64,000 bases of DNA from an uncultured Spirochaetales bacterium (GCA_964442285.1 CAYTZH010000009.1:64985-128984); one strand, 5' to 3'. Counted from the stretch's first letter, positions 16,940 to 27,193 are shown. Notes: generated by a model from the letters alone, not told the origin. Program-made: numbers and translations.

Positions 16940-17019
16940 GACGCCCGAAGCGTCCCGGAAGCTAGACATTCCCCCAGGGGGTGAAAAATCGGTCTCGTGT
17001 CTAGTTTTTTTGGCCAGAA

Positions 17020-17041
17020 TACCTTGACTTTACCTAGACAG
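17020..17041 (+). promoter_or_regulatory. Two tandem 11-bp direct repeats overlapping a TTGACT -35-like box upstream of the sigma gene (candidate CarH operator)
   Basis: 'TACCTTGACTT' and 'TACCTAGACAG' match at 8/11 positions. The second fits the recalled CarH half-site nAnnTnnACAn exactly. Further TAGACA boxes lie at 16962-16968 (plus strand) and 16998-17004 (minus strand). Confidence 0.4.
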
Positions 17042-17076
17042 CGCGCGACCCTTGTCTGCGTACAGGAGGAGTACGC

Positions 17077-18432
17077 ATGTTCAACGAGACGTCGACTTCC
17101 GAGAGCGCGGAGACCCCCACCCCCAGCTCCCGCCGCCAGCAGCGGACCGCGAGCGCCCAGGGCCGCCAGCTCGACCCCGATCTGCCGACCTACACCCTGA
17201 AGGCCTATCTGCGCGAGATTGCCGATGTCCCGACGCTGAGCCGCGAGGAGGAGGGCGAGATCGCGGCCCGCATCCGCTCGGCCACCGAGCGCTTCCGGGA
17301 GCAGGCCGTCGCCGTCCCCTTCGTCGCCGAGCGGATCGTGACCCGCTGGGATTCCTTGCGCGAGGCCGGTCGCTCGACGTCCTCGATGTCCACCCACTTC
17401 CGGGATCCCCATGCGGGCGATCCCGGGCCGGCCCTCGACCGGGCCCTGGGTAGCGTCCGGCGAGAGCTGCGCCGGCTGGCGGAGGCTCCGGCGGAGAGTC
17501 GGGAGGAGATCCGGCGGCGCATGGCGCGCGCGCTGGCTCGCGCCGACGTCGCCCTGCCGCTGCTCGAGGACGCATTCTGCGCCCTGCGCGACGGCGCCCG
17601 CCCCAGCCGGGGACTGGGGCTCCCGGCCGCAGAGCTCCGCGCCTGCCTCGCGGCCCTCGCCGACGCCCTCGACGAGATGTTCGAGGCCCGTAACGCCTTC
17701 ATTCGCCACAACGTGAAGTTCGTCGTGCACCTGGCCAAGGAGTACCGGGGCATGGGCATCGGCTTCCAGGATCTGATCCAGGAGGGCAACCTCGGTCTGA
17801 TCCGCGCGGTCGAGAAGTTCGACCACCGCCGCGGCTTCAAGTTCTCCACCTACGCCGCCTGGTGGATCCGGCAGTCCTTCATCCGGGCCGTCCAGAACCA
17901 CAGCCGCACCATCCGCCTGCCGTCCCACGTCTACGACCTGGCGATCCGGGAGAAGCGGGTGCGCGCCGAGCTCGCCCGCCGCCTGGGCCGGGACCCGAGG
18001 CCGGCGGAGCTGGCCGAGGAGCTGGGCGTGGCGGTGGAGGAGGTGGAGAACCTCCACCAGATCAATCGCCGCACCCTGTCCATCGAGACCGAGAGCGAGG
18101 ACGAGGAGGGGCGCTCCCTGCACGAGCGCATGGGCGACCCCAACGTGGCCGATCCCACCGAGGATCTCACCCGTGAGGCGCTGGGCCCGGCGATGGAGGC
18201 CCTCCTCGTGGGCCTCTCCGAGCGGGAGCGCCAGATCCTGCACCTGCGCTTCGGCCTCCGCAGCGACGAGCCCCACACCCTGCAGGAGATCGGCGAGATC
18301 CTCGGCCTGTCCCGCGAGCGGGTGCGCCAGATCGAGAAGCGGGCGCTCGAGAAGCTCCGCGAAGTGGCGGTGGATCGGGGCCTCCACGGCGCGCTCGACC
18401 GGGACGACCTGGCCACGGACGCAGCTGCCTGA
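17077..18432 (+). CDS. Sigma-70-family RNA polymerase sigma factor (full-length, non-ECF; regions 1.2, 2, 3, 4)
   Basis: SD 'aggagga' lies 7 nt upstream of the start. Contains '[16 protein letters not shown]', '[34 protein letters not shown]' and '[27 protein letters not shown]'. An insert of about 130 aa sits between regions 1.2 and 2. Confidence 0.9.
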   Translation: MFNETSTSESAETPTPSSRRQQRTASAQGRQLDPDLPTYTLKAYLREIADVPTLSREEEGEIAARIRSATERFREQAVAVPFVAERIVTRWDSLREAGRSTSSMSTHFRDPHAGDPGPALDRALGSVRRELRRLAEAPAESREEIRRRMARALARADVALPLLEDAFCALRDGARPSRGLGLPAAELRACLAALADALDEMFEARNAFIRHNVKFVVHLAKEYRGMGIGFQDLIQEGNLGLIRAVEKFDHRRGFKFSTYAAWWIRQSFIRAVQNHSRTIRLPSHVYDLAIREKRVRAELARRLGRDPRPAELAEELGVAVEEVENLHQINRRTLSIETESEDEEGRSLHERMGDPNVADPTEDLTREALGPAMEALLVGLSERERQILHLRFGLRSDEPHTLQEIGEILGLSRERVRQIEKRALEKLREVAVDRGLHGALDRDDLATDAAA

Positions 18433-18510
18433 CGTACGACGCGGGCCCGACACCGGGCCACGCCGCATCCGCGCCCCACTCTCCCACGAAACCACGGAAG
18501 GAGGAGAGAG

Positions 18511-19554
18511 ATGCGATCCATCGATCTCGCAGAGTCCGGCCGCGTCCCCGATGCGCTCATCCGGATCGGTATCCGGCGCATGCTCGCCCGACGTCATCGG
18601 GAGGTGACGGCGGGGGACGCCGAAGCGCGACAGCAGGCCCACGCGGCCTTCGTGGAGGCGCTGCGGCAGAGCCCGATCGCGCTCGTTCCGGAGCGAGCAA
18701 ACGCCCAGCACTACGAGGTTCCGGCCGAGTTCTTCGCCCAGGTGCTCGGCCCCCACCTGAAGTACAGCTGCGGCTACTGGCCAGCGGGCGTGTCGAGCCT
18801 CGAGGCCTCCGAGGCCGCCATGCTCGAAAGGACCTGCGCGCGCGCTGACATACGGGACGGCATGCGTGTGCTGGACCTGGGCTGCGGCTGGGGCTCCCTC
18901 TCGCTCTGGATCGCCCAGCGATTTGCTTCGACGCGCGTCGTGGCGGTGTCGAACTCCAAGCTCCAGCGCGAATGGATCCTGCAGCGCTGCGATCAGGCGG
19001 GGCTCTCCAACGTGGAGGTCGTCACCGCCGACGCCAACCGCTTCGAGCCCCCGGGTCGCTTCGACCGCGTCGTCTCGGTGGAGATGTTCGAGCACCTCCG
19101 CAATTGGGAGGAGATGTTCCGCCGCGTCTCGCGCTGGCTCGAGGACGATGGCCGCTTCTTCCTGCACGTCTTCTGCCACCGGGAGGCCGCCTACCCCTAC
19201 GAGAGCGAGGGCGAGCAGAACTGGATGGGCCGGAACTTCTTCACCGGCGGGATGATGCCCTCCGACGACCTGCCGCTGCACTTCTCGCGGGATCTGCGGG
19301 TGGAGCGCCGCTGGCGGGTCGGCGGGCTCCACTATCACCGGACCTGCGAGGCCTGGCTGCAGCAGCTCGACGCCCGTCGCGACGCGGTGATGCCGATCCT
19401 GGCCTCGACCTACGGTGCGGATCGGGCCCGCCTCTGGCTGCAGCGCTGGCGCCTGTTCTTCCTGGGATGCTCGGAGCTGTTCGCGTGGCAGGGCGGCGAG
19501 GCCTGGTGGGTCTCCCACTACCGGCTGGCTCCGCAGCGGGGAGACCGGTCGTGA
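18511..19554 (+). CDS. CMAS/CFA-synthase-family SAM-dependent methyltransferase (short form)
   Basis: 347 aa. Contains '[24 protein letters not shown]', the SAM motif '[11 protein letters not shown]' and 'VSVEMFEHL'. Confidence 0.85.
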   Translation: MRSIDLAESGRVPDALIRIGIRRMLARRHREVTAGDAEARQQAHAAFVEALRQSPIALVPERANAQHYEVPAEFFAQVLGPHLKYSCGYWPAGVSSLEASEAAMLERTCARADIRDGMRVLDLGCGWGSLSLWIAQRFASTRVVAVSNSKLQREWILQRCDQAGLSNVEVVTADANRFEPPGRFDRVVSVEMFEHLRNWEEMFRRVSRWLEDDGRFFLHVFCHREAAYPYESEGEQNWMGRNFFTGGMMPSDDLPLHFSRDLRVERRWRVGGLHYHRTCEAWLQQLDARRDAVMPILASTYGADRARLWLQRWRLFFLGCSELFAWQGGEAWWVSHYRLAPQRGDRS

Positions 19555-20792
19555 AGATCGCCGTCGTGGGCACGGGCATCTCCGGGCTGGCCGTCGCCCA
19601 CGCGCTCCACCGCAACCACGCGCTTACCGTATTCGAGTCCGCGGACTGGATCGGCGGGCACACCCACACGGTGGACGTGGAGATCGAGGGCGCCCACCAC
19701 GCCGTCGACACCGGCTTCATCGTCTACAACGAGCGCACCTATCCCGGTTTCGTCGGGCTGCTGTCCGAGCTCGGCGTGTCGACCCAGCCCACCGACATGA
19801 GCTTCAGCGTGCGCTGCGACCGCAGCGGCCTCGAATACTCGAGCAGCGGTCTGCAGGGACTCTTCGCCCAGCGTCGCAATGCGCTCCGGCCCTCCTTCCT
19901 GCGCATGGTCTCGGAGATCCCGCGCTTCAACCGCGCGGCCCGCGCTCTGCTCGCGTCGCCGGACGAGAAGACCACGCTGGGAGACTGGCTCGACGGGCTC
20001 GGTCTCTCGCGCCAGCTCCGCGACCACTACGTGCTGCCGATGGGCGCGGCGATCTGGTCGACGCCGGCCGGCAAGTTCCTCCAGTTCCCCGCGTCGACCT
20101 TCGCCCGCTTCTTCGAGAACCACGGGCTGCTGGAGACCCGGGAGCGGCTGCCGTGGCGCGTGGTCCGCGGCGGCTCGCGGACCTACGTGGAGGCGCTCAC
20201 CGCCCCGTTCCGCGACCGGATCCGCCCGGGCAGCCGCGTGCGGGCGGTGTGGCGGGAGGACGACGGGGTCCACGTCGCCGCCCCGGGCGGGGTCGAGCGC
20301 TTCGACCGGGTGGTGCTCGCCTGCCACGCCGACCAGGCGCTGAACCTCCTCATCGACGCGGACGGGGCGGAGCGCCAGACGCTCGACGCCTTCGCCTACC
20401 AGCCCAACCGCGTGGTGCTGCACACGGACCGGAGCGTCCTGCCGCGGAGCCGCCGCGCCTGGGCGAGCTGGAACTACCGCACGCCCCGCCAGCCCGAGAG
20501 TCCGGTCGCAGTCACCTACCACATGAATCGGCTCCAGGGCTTCCGGGCCTCCGAGGAGCTGCTGGTGACCCTGAACGACGACGGTGCCATCGATCCCGCG
20601 CGCGTGCTGGAGAGCTGGACCTACCACCACCCGGTGTTCACGCCGGAGGCGATCGCCGCCCAGAAGCACCACGACCGGATCGACGGACGCGACCGCGTCC
20701 ACTTCTGCGGGGCCTACTGGCGCAACGGCTTCCACGAGGACGGCCTCCAAAGCGCCCTCGCCGTGGTCCGCCACCTGGGCGGGGAACGCTGA
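19551..20792 (+). CDS. FAD-dependent oxidoreductase (amine-oxidase/desaturase fold; UfaD-like)
   Basis: GTG 19551 (GTGA overlap). Dinucleotide fold '[16 protein letters not shown]' followed by 'GGHTHTV'. Confidence 0.85.
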   Translation: MKIAVVGTGISGLAVAHALHRNHALTVFESADWIGGHTHTVDVEIEGAHHAVDTGFIVYNERTYPGFVGLLSELGVSTQPTDMSFSVRCDRSGLEYSSSGLQGLFAQRRNALRPSFLRMVSEIPRFNRAARALLASPDEKTTLGDWLDGLGLSRQLRDHYVLPMGAAIWSTPAGKFLQFPASTFARFFENHGLLETRERLPWRVVRGGSRTYVEALTAPFRDRIRPGSRVRAVWREDDGVHVAAPGGVERFDRVVLACHADQALNLLIDADGAERQTLDAFAYQPNRVVLHTDRSVLPRSRRAWASWNYRTPRQPESPVAVTYHMNRLQGFRASEELLVTLNDDGAIDPARVLESWTYHHPVFTPEAIAAQKHHDRIDGRDRVHFCGAYWRNGFHEDGLQSALAVVRHLGGER

Positions 20793-20793
20793 C

Positions 20794-21576
20794 GTGGAGA
20801 GCTGTCTCTTCGAGGGGATGGTGCGACACCGCCGCTTCGGGCCGGTTCCCCACGGCTTCTCCATGCCCCTCTTCATGGCGTACCTCGACCTGGACGAGCT
20901 TCCGCAGGTGTTCCGGGGCCGCTGGCTTTGGTCGGCCTCGCGGCCCGCCCCCGCCCGCTTCCACCGCAGCGACTACCTGGGCGACCCCCGGCTGCCCCTG
21001 GACCGGGCCGTGCGCGACCTGGTGGAGAACCGGACCGGCATCCGCCCGCGCGGGCCGATCCGGCTGCTCACCCACCTCCGCTACTTCGGGTACGTCTTCA
21101 ACCCCGTGAGCCTCTACTACTGCTTCCACCCGGAGAGCGAGCGCCTGGAGGCGATCGTCGCCGAGGTGACCAACATGCCTTGGAAGGAGCGCCACGCCTA
21201 CGTACTTCGGCCCGACCCCGAAGCGGAGTCCGGCTCCGTCCTCCGCTTCGACGAGGACAAGGCCTTCCACGTGTCGCCCTTCCTCGACATGGACCAGCGC
21301 TATCGCTGGCACCTGCAGGTCCCGAGCGACCGGCTCGTGGTCGGGATCGAGAACCTGGGCCCGCGAGGCGACCGGCTTCACACGGCCTCCCTCGAGATGG
21401 AGCGGCGCGAGATCTCGAGCGCCAGCCTGGCCCGTGCCTTGGTGCGCTTCCCGCTCATGACCCTGCAGGTGACGGCCGGGATCTACTGGCAGGCGCTCCG
21501 GCTGCGCCGCAAGCGCGTTCCCGTCTACCCCCACCCTCGCGAGCGCGAGGTCGCCCTGGAGCTGGCCCCCGAATGA
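20794..21576 (+). CDS. DUF1365-family protein (UfaO-like)
   Basis: GTG 20794. '[33 protein letters not shown]' is the typical DUF1365 N-terminus. Confidence 0.85.
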   Translation: MESCLFEGMVRHRRFGPVPHGFSMPLFMAYLDLDELPQVFRGRWLWSASRPAPARFHRSDYLGDPRLPLDRAVRDLVENRTGIRPRGPIRLLTHLRYFGYVFNPVSLYYCFHPESERLEAIVAEVTNMPWKERHAYVLRPDPEAESGSVLRFDEDKAFHVSPFLDMDQRYRWHLQVPSDRLVVGIENLGPRGDRLHTASLEMERREISSASLARALVRFPLMTLQVTAGIYWQALRLRRKRVPVYPHPREREVALELAPE

Positions 21577-22850
21577 GTGACGCCACCCTTCCCATCGAGA
21601 ATCCGACCCCGGAGATCCAGCCCCTGGGCTGGCTGGACCGGAAGATCCGCAGCGCCGTCCTGGCGCGGCTCGAGCGCCTCGACCGGGGACGGCTGACCCT
21701 GGTGGACGGCGACGAGAAGCGGCGCTTCGGAAACGGGGGCGGTCCCCGGGCCACGGTCTGGGTGAAGCGCGCACGCTTCTACCGCCGCCTGGCCCTGCGC
21801 GGGGGCGTGGGCGCCGCCGAGGCCTACATGGACGGCGACTGGGAGACCAGCGACCTCACCGCCGTCGTGCGGATCGTCGCCGCGAACCCCGGCGCCCTGG
21901 AGAAGCTGGACGTGGGTCTCGCGCGGGTCGCCGGCCTCGGACTGCGCCTCTATCACGAGTTGCGCCCCAACAGCCGGCGCGGCAGCCGCCAGAACATCGC
22001 GGCCCACTACGACCTGGGCAACGACTTCTTCTCCCTCTTCCTCGACCCGAGCCTCACCTACTCCTGCGCGGTCTTCGAGCGCGAGGGCATGAGCCTCGAG
22101 GACGCCCAGGTGGCGAAGTACGAGCGGGTGTGTCGCAAGCTGCGGCTGGGCTCGGACGACCACGTCCTCGAGATCGGCAGCGGCTGGGGGGGCTTCGCGA
22201 TCCACGCCGCGAGCCGCTACGGCTGCCGGGTCACCACCACGACCGTGTCCCGGGAGCAGCTCCAGCTGGCGCGGGAGCGGGTGGCCGCCGCCGGCCTCTC
22301 CGATCGTATCGAGGTGCTCTTCCGCGACTACCGCGACCTGAGCGGCGAGTACGACAAGGTCGTGTCCCTGGAGATGATCGAGGCGGTGGGCGCCCCCAAC
22401 CTCGATACCTACTTCCGCGTCTGCGCGGAGCGCCTGCGACCCGACGGCGCCATGCTGCTCCAGGCCATCACCGTACCCGACCGCCACTGGCAGGTCTCGG
22501 TCCGCAACGTGGACTTCGTGAAGCGGTACATCTTCCCCGGCGGCCAGCTCGTATCCGTCGGGGGCGTCGGCGCCTCCCTGGCCCGAGCGACGGACCTGCG
22601 CATGGCGCACCTCGAGGAGATCACGCCCCACTACGCCGAAACCCTGGCCCGCTGGCGGGAGAACATGAACCGCAACCTGGCCCACATTCGCGCGCTGGGC
22701 CTTCCCGAGCGCTTCCTGCGCATGTGGGAGTACTACCTCTGCTACTGCGAGGGCGGCTTCGCCGAGCGGGCGATCGGGGTATACCAGATGCTGCTGGAGA
22801 AGCCCCTCGCCCGACGCGACCCGATCCTGGGGCGGCTGGAGGCCGCCTGA
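21573..22850 (+). CDS. cfa: Cyclopropane-fatty-acyl-phospholipid-synthase-family methylase (long form; UfaM/Cfa-like)
   Basis: ATG 21573 (ATGA overlap). Contains '[28 protein letters not shown]', '[12 protein letters not shown]' and '[10 protein letters not shown]'. Confidence 0.9.
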   Translation: MSDATLPIENPTPEIQPLGWLDRKIRSAVLARLERLDRGRLTLVDGDEKRRFGNGGGPRATVWVKRARFYRRLALRGGVGAAEAYMDGDWETSDLTAVVRIVAANPGALEKLDVGLARVAGLGLRLYHELRPNSRRGSRQNIAAHYDLGNDFFSLFLDPSLTYSCAVFEREGMSLEDAQVAKYERVCRKLRLGSDDHVLEIGSGWGGFAIHAASRYGCRVTTTTVSREQLQLARERVAAAGLSDRIEVLFRDYRDLSGEYDKVVSLEMIEAVGAPNLDTYFRVCAERLRPDGAMLLQAITVPDRHWQVSVRNVDFVKRYIFPGGQLVSVGGVGASLARATDLRMAHLEEITPHYAETLARWRENMNRNLAHIRALGLPERFLRMWEYYLCYCEGGFAERAIGVYQMLLEKPLARRDPILGRLEAA

Positions 22851-22885
22851 GTCCGAAACCCGCGAGGGAGCGAAGGAGGAGCCCG

Positions 22886-23440
22886 ATGCGAAAGCAACTT
22901 GCCATGGGAGCCCTGGTGGCCCTGCTGACCGCGACGCCGGTCCGAGCAGCCGTGATCGAGGGCGTGGACTTCGTCGACGCGCGCAGCGAGTCCGGCGTGG
23001 CGCTTCGGCTCCACAACGTGGCGCTGCTGCGCTGGTACTTCCTCAAGGCCTACGTGGCGGCGCTCTATCTGGGAGACGGCGTGGCCCCGGGCCGCGTGCT
23101 CGGCGACGTCCCCAAGCGGCTCGAGATCGAGTACTTCTACGGGATCGGGGCCGAGGACTTCGCGAAGTCCACCCGCGTCACCGTCGGCCGCAACGTGCCG
23201 CCGGGTGCGTACGAAGCACTTCGGACACGCATCGAGCGCTTCAACGCCCTCTACCGGGACGTGAAGCCGGGCGACCGCTACGCCCTGACCTACCTGCCGG
23301 GTCGCGGCACGGAGCTCGCCCTGAACGGAGAGGTGCTCGGACGCGTCGAGGGCGCCGACTTCGCCGCCGCCATGTTCTCGATCTGGCTCGGCGAGGACCC
23401 GGTGGACGACGACCTGAAGACGGACCTGCTGGGACCGTGA
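22886..23440 (+). CDS. Secreted chalcone-isomerase-like (fatty-acid-binding fold) protein
   Basis: Signal peptide 'MRKQLAMGALVALLTATPVRAAV'. Contains 'LKAYVAALYLG' and 'FSIWLGEDPVDDDLK', typical of the CHI-like family that accompanies cfa/DUF1365 clusters. Confidence 0.7.
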   Translation: MRKQLAMGALVALLTATPVRAAVIEGVDFVDARSESGVALRLHNVALLRWYFLKAYVAALYLGDGVAPGRVLGDVPKRLEIEYFYGIGAEDFAKSTRVTVGRNVPPGAYEALRTRIERFNALYRDVKPGDRYALTYLPGRGTELALNGEVLGRVEGADFAAAMFSIWLGEDPVDDDLKTDLLGP

Positions 23441-24846
23441 GCGGCGCGCGGGTGCCGACCGCCGCGCGCCTCGCCTACGCGGCGCCGGCATTCGCGATGG
23501 CCGTGATCGGGATCCCGGTCTACGTCTACGTCCCGAAGTTCTACACCGACGTCGTGGGCGTCGACGTGGTGCTGGTGGGCCTCGTGCTGCTCGGGGCGCG
23601 GCTCTTCGACGCGGTGACCGATCCCCTGGCGGGCTGGCTCTCGGACCGCACCCGCAGCCGCTTCGGGCGCCGGCGGCCCTGGATCGTGGCCGCCTCGCTG
23701 CCCCTGGCCCTGGCGTTGGCGGCGCTGTTCAACCCGCCCGCCGCGGGCGGCGCCATCCCGGCCCTGTGGCTGGCCTTCGGGATCTTCGCCCTCTTCCTGT
23801 GCTTCACGGCCGCCTCTGTGCCCTACGAAGCGCTCGGCCCGGAGCTGACCTTCGACTACCACGAGCGCACCTCGCTGCTCGGGCTGCGGGACGGCGCCCT
23901 CCTGGCCGGCACGCTGTTCGCCGCCGCGGTTCCCAGCGCGATCGCGGTGGCCCTGGGCGAGCCCACCGAGTCGCCCGGGCGCGGGACCTTCGCCTGGATG
24001 GCCCTGCTCTTCGCGCCCCTGCTCGTGGCGGCCTGCGTCGTATGCGCGGTCGCGCTGCGCGAGCGGGCCCGGCACCACAGCGCCGCCGCCGACGCCTTCG
24101 GGGGGCTGCGTCTGATCCTCTCCAACCGGCCCTTCCGCGTCCTGCTGATCTCCTACACCGTCGCGGCGCTGGGTAGCAACCTGCCCGCCACGCTGCTGCT
24201 CTACTACGTGCAGTACGTGCTCGAGTCCGATCGGGCGGGGCTCTTCCTGGTGCTCTACTTCGTGGCGGGCATCGCCTTCCTCCCGGGCTGGATCGCCCTC
24301 TCGCGCAGGTTCGGCAAGAAGCGCGCCTGGCTGGCGGGCATGGCCGTCAATACCGGCGCCTTCTCCGGGGTCTTCTTCCTGGGGCCCGGCGACGAGCTGG
24401 CCTACGGCCTGCTCGTGGTACTCTCCGGTGTGGGTCTGGGGGCCACGCTGGCGATTCCCTCCTCGATGCAGGCCGACGTCATCGACTACGACGAGCTCCG
24501 CTCCGGCGAGCGTCGCGAGGGGCGCTACGTCGGGATCTGGTCCGTGGCCAAGAAGCTGGCCGCCGCCCTCGGCGTGGGCGTCGCCCTGCTCGTCTTCGGC
24601 AGCAGTGGCTACGCCCCGAACGTCCAGCAGAGCGAGGAGGTCCGTTTCGCCCTGCGTTCGCTCTACGCCCTCGTACCCTGCCTGTGCAACATCGTGGCCT
24701 TCGTGATCGCGCTCGCCTATCCCATCGACGCCGACACCCATCGCGAGATCCGCGCGGAGATCGATGCGGGCCGGGTGGGGGCCGACGCCCGCGACCCGCT
24801 CGCGACGGGCGTCCTGCGACCCGCGGCGGAGGGCGGGGCCCCGTGA
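23437..24846 (+). CDS. MFS_2/GPH-type transporter (paralog of 4261-5601)
   Basis: GTG 23437 (GTGA overlap). Contains 'DAVTDPLAGWLSDRTRSRFGRRRPW' and about 12 TM segments. Confidence 0.85.
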   Translation: MSGARVPTAARLAYAAPAFAMAVIGIPVYVYVPKFYTDVVGVDVVLVGLVLLGARLFDAVTDPLAGWLSDRTRSRFGRRRPWIVAASLPLALALAALFNPPAAGGAIPALWLAFGIFALFLCFTAASVPYEALGPELTFDYHERTSLLGLRDGALLAGTLFAAAVPSAIAVALGEPTESPGRGTFAWMALLFAPLLVAACVVCAVALRERARHHSAAADAFGGLRLILSNRPFRVLLISYTVAALGSNLPATLLLYYVQYVLESDRAGLFLVLYFVAGIAFLPGWIALSRRFGKKRAWLAGMAVNTGAFSGVFFLGPGDELAYGLLVVLSGVGLGATLAIPSSMQADVIDYDELRSGERREGRYVGIWSVAKKLAAALGVGVALLVFGSSGYAPNVQQSEEVRFALRSLYALVPCLCNIVAFVIALAYPIDADTHREIRAEIDAGRVGADARDPLATGVLRPAAEGGAP

Positions 24847-25823
24847 GCGACGGCCTCCGCCGCGCGATCACCCTCCCGACGTACCTGCTGCTGACGGCGC
24901 TGGCGCTCCCGGCGCTCCCGCTCCTGCTCCCCCTGGCCGCGATCGTCGACCTGGCGAGAGGCACGAGGCTCGGCCTGTCCCGCTCGCTGCTCTTCTTCAC
25001 CTGGTACCTGCTCTGCGAGACCTACGGCATCGTCGCGGCGGGCGCCCTGGCCCTGGCGCGTCCATGGCTCTCCGCGGGGGGCTGGGAGCGCATCCACCAG
25101 CGGCTCAAGCGCGGCTGGGGTCGGGCGCTGCTGACCGGGGCCGAGCGCATCTTCGGGCTCCGCTTCGAGGTCGAAGGCGACGCCGAGGCGGCAGCGGGTC
25201 CGATGCTGCTCTTCCCGCGCCACGCGAGCGTGGCCGACACCGTGCTGGCCGCGGCCTTCCTCGAACACCGGCACCACCTGGCCCTCCGCTACGTGATCAA
25301 GCGCGAGCTGCTCTGGGATCCGTGTCTCGACCTGGTGGGACGTCGGCTTCGCAACGCCTTCGTGGACCGGTCCGGAGCCGACAGCGCCGCTGAGATCGCG
25401 ACCGTGCGCGCCCTGGCCCGGGATCTGGGACCGGGGGACGGCGTCCTCATCTATCCCGAGGGCACGCGCTTCAGCGAGGCCAAGCGCAGCCGGATCCTCG
25501 AGCGGCTCGAGGCCCGCGACGCCGACCTGCACCGACGGGCCCGCGGGCTGCGCCACGTGCTGCCGCCGCGGCTGGGGGGGTGCCTGGCGCTCCTCGAGGA
25601 GCGGCCCGACGCCGACGTGGTCTTCTGCGCCCACGCGGGCTTCGACGGCGTGACGCGCTTCTCGGAGTTCCTGGACGGCGGCCTCGTAGGCCAGGTGGTG
25701 CGGATCGCCTTCTGGCGCGTGCCGGCCCCGGGGATACCCCGCGAGCCCGACGCCCGCATCGACTGGCTCTTCTCCCAGTGGGCGCGGGTGGACGCCTGGG
25801 TCGGCGCCCACCGCAAGCCCTGA
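24843..25823 (+). CDS. Lysophospholipid / 1-acylglycerol-3-phosphate acyltransferase family protein (membrane-anchored)
   Basis: GTG 24843 (GTGA overlap). HX4D box 'PRHASVADT' and 'YPEGTRF'. The N-terminus has TM helices. Confidence 0.8.
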   Translation: MSDGLRRAITLPTYLLLTALALPALPLLLPLAAIVDLARGTRLGLSRSLLFFTWYLLCETYGIVAAGALALARPWLSAGGWERIHQRLKRGWGRALLTGAERIFGLRFEVEGDAEAAAGPMLLFPRHASVADTVLAAAFLEHRHHLALRYVIKRELLWDPCLDLVGRRLRNAFVDRSGADSAAEIATVRALARDLGPGDGVLIYPEGTRFSEAKRSRILERLEARDADLHRRARGLRHVLPPRLGGCLALLEERPDADVVFCAHAGFDGVTRFSEFLDGGLVGQVVRIAFWRVPAPGIPREPDARIDWLFSQWARVDAWVGAHRKP

Positions 25824-25858
25824 GCCCCGAACCCCCGACCGAGCCTTTCGAGGAGCCC

Positions 25859-26308
25859 ATGAGCCACCTTCTGGAGCGACAGCAGTACTTCTCCCTCCCC
25901 ATGGAGAAGGTCTTCCCCTTCTTCGCCGACGCCCACAACCTGCAGGCGATCACCCCGGCCTGGCTCGGCTTCCGGATCCTCACACCCGGCCCCATCGAGA
26001 TGGAGGTCGGCGCCCGGATCGACTACCGCATCCGCCTGGGCGGCGTGCCCGTGCGCTGGCGCACCCGGATCACCGCCTGGGAGCCCGGCGTGGGCTTCGT
26101 CGACGAGCAGGAGCGTGGGCCCTACGCACTTTGGCGTCACGAGCACCACTTCGAGACGCTGGGTGAAGGCGTCCTGATGACCGACCGGGTGCACTATCGG
26201 CTGCCATTGGGTCCCCTGGGCCAGGTCGCCCACGCGCTCTGGGTGCGGGGCGTCCTCGCCGCCATCTTCGACCACCGCTTCGCCCGGGTGCGGGAGCTCG
26301 TAGGATGA
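25859..26308 (+). CDS. SRPBCC-superfamily (START/Bet v1-like) lipid-binding protein
   Basis: 149 aa. 'FFADAHNLQAITPAWLGFRIL...GPYALWRHEHHFE' is typical of the SRPBCC/COG4276 proteins found in these clusters. Confidence 0.7.
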   Translation: MSHLLERQQYFSLPMEKVFPFFADAHNLQAITPAWLGFRILTPGPIEMEVGARIDYRIRLGGVPVRWRTRITAWEPGVGFVDEQERGPYALWRHEHHFETLGEGVLMTDRVHYRLPLGPLGQVAHALWVRGVLAAIFDHRFARVRELVG

Positions 26309-27093
26309 GCGAGGTGGCCGGCGTGTTGGCGACGACCGCGGGCGTCACCGCGACGGTGATGCTCGGGATGTGGCTCCTGTCCCTGGCGCTGCGCGACGCC
26401 AGCATCGTCGACATCTACTGGGGTCCCGGCTTCGCCGTGATCGCCTGGACGGCCCACGCCGCCGCCGGGCGCATCTCGGAGCGGGGCCTGCTCGCCGCGG
26501 TGCTCGTGACGATCTGGGCGATCCGGCTCGGCACCCACCTGCTCGGTCGCAACTGGGGGCAGGGCGAGGACCCCCGCTACCGGGCCATGCGGCGCCGGCA
26601 CGGCGCGCGCTTCCCCTGGGTCAGCCTGGGGACCGTCTACGGCCTCCAGGCGGGGCTCATGTGGCTCGTGTCGCTGCCGGTGCAGATCGCGCAGGTGTCG
26701 ACGGGCGGGGTCGGCGGGCTCGAGCTGCTCGGCGCCGCGGTCTTCGCCGTGGGCCTGGGCTTCGAGGCGGTCGGCGACGCCCAGCTCACCCGCTTCAAGG
26801 CCGACCCGGAGAACCGGGGCAAGGTGATGGACCGGGGCCTCTGGTCGATCTCGCGGCACCCGAACTACTTCGGCGACGCGCTGGCCTGGTGGGGCCTCTT
26901 CCTGCTGTGCGCCGGCGCCCCCGGCGCGCTCTGGACCCTGCCGGCGCCCGCGCTGATGACCTTCTTGCTGCTGCGGGTCTCGGGCGTCCCGATGCTCGAG
27001 CGGGGCCTCGAGAAGTCGCGCCCGGGCTACGCGGCCTACGCGGCGCGCACACCGGCCTTCGTGCCCTGGTTCCCGCGACGACAAAGCTCCTAG
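26305..27093 (+). CDS. DUF1295 / steroid-5-alpha-reductase-like membrane protein
   Basis: ATG 26305 (ATGA overlap). Multi-TM protein containing 'GLWSISRHPNYFGDALAWWGLF'. Confidence 0.8.
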   Translation: MSEVAGVLATTAGVTATVMLGMWLLSLALRDASIVDIYWGPGFAVIAWTAHAAAGRISERGLLAAVLVTIWAIRLGTHLLGRNWGQGEDPRYRAMRRRHGARFPWVSLGTVYGLQAGLMWLVSLPVQIAQVSTGGVGGLELLGAAVFAVGLGFEAVGDAQLTRFKADPENRGKVMDRGLWSISRHPNYFGDALAWWGLFLLCAGAPGALWTLPAPALMTFLLLRVSGVPMLERGLEKSRPGYAAYAARTPAFVPWFPRRQSS

Positions 27094-27103
27094 GCGGATC
27101 CGG

Positions 27104-27193
27104 CTTCCCGCCACGAGGGGGCGCCTGGTTCCCGCCACGAGGGGGCGCCTGGTTCCCGCCACGAGGGGGCGCCTGGTTCCCGCCACGAGGGGG
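27104..27193. repeat. Intergenic tandem array of a 24-nt unit 'cgcctggttcccgccacgaggggg' (3 perfect copies + 1 partial; a degenerate copy lies inside the DUF1295 3' end at 27064-27080)
   Basis: Perfect copies at 27122-27145, 27146-27169 and 27170-27193. A partial copy at 27104-27121. Confidence 0.95.

Noticed and set aside
16971-16981. 'CCCCCAGGGGG' and the similar 'GTCCCCAGGGGAC' at 41169-41181 as a shared REP-like or binding element
   Set aside because: There are only two occurrences. A one-base centre cannot form an RNA hairpin loop. Short C/G palindromes are expected by chance at this base composition. It is kept only as context for the 16940-17076 region.
27104-27193. Possible CRISPR array (also considered for 39401-39487)
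   Set aside because: The repeats are directly abutting with no unique spacers. The units are only 20-24 nt. No cas genes are present in the window.
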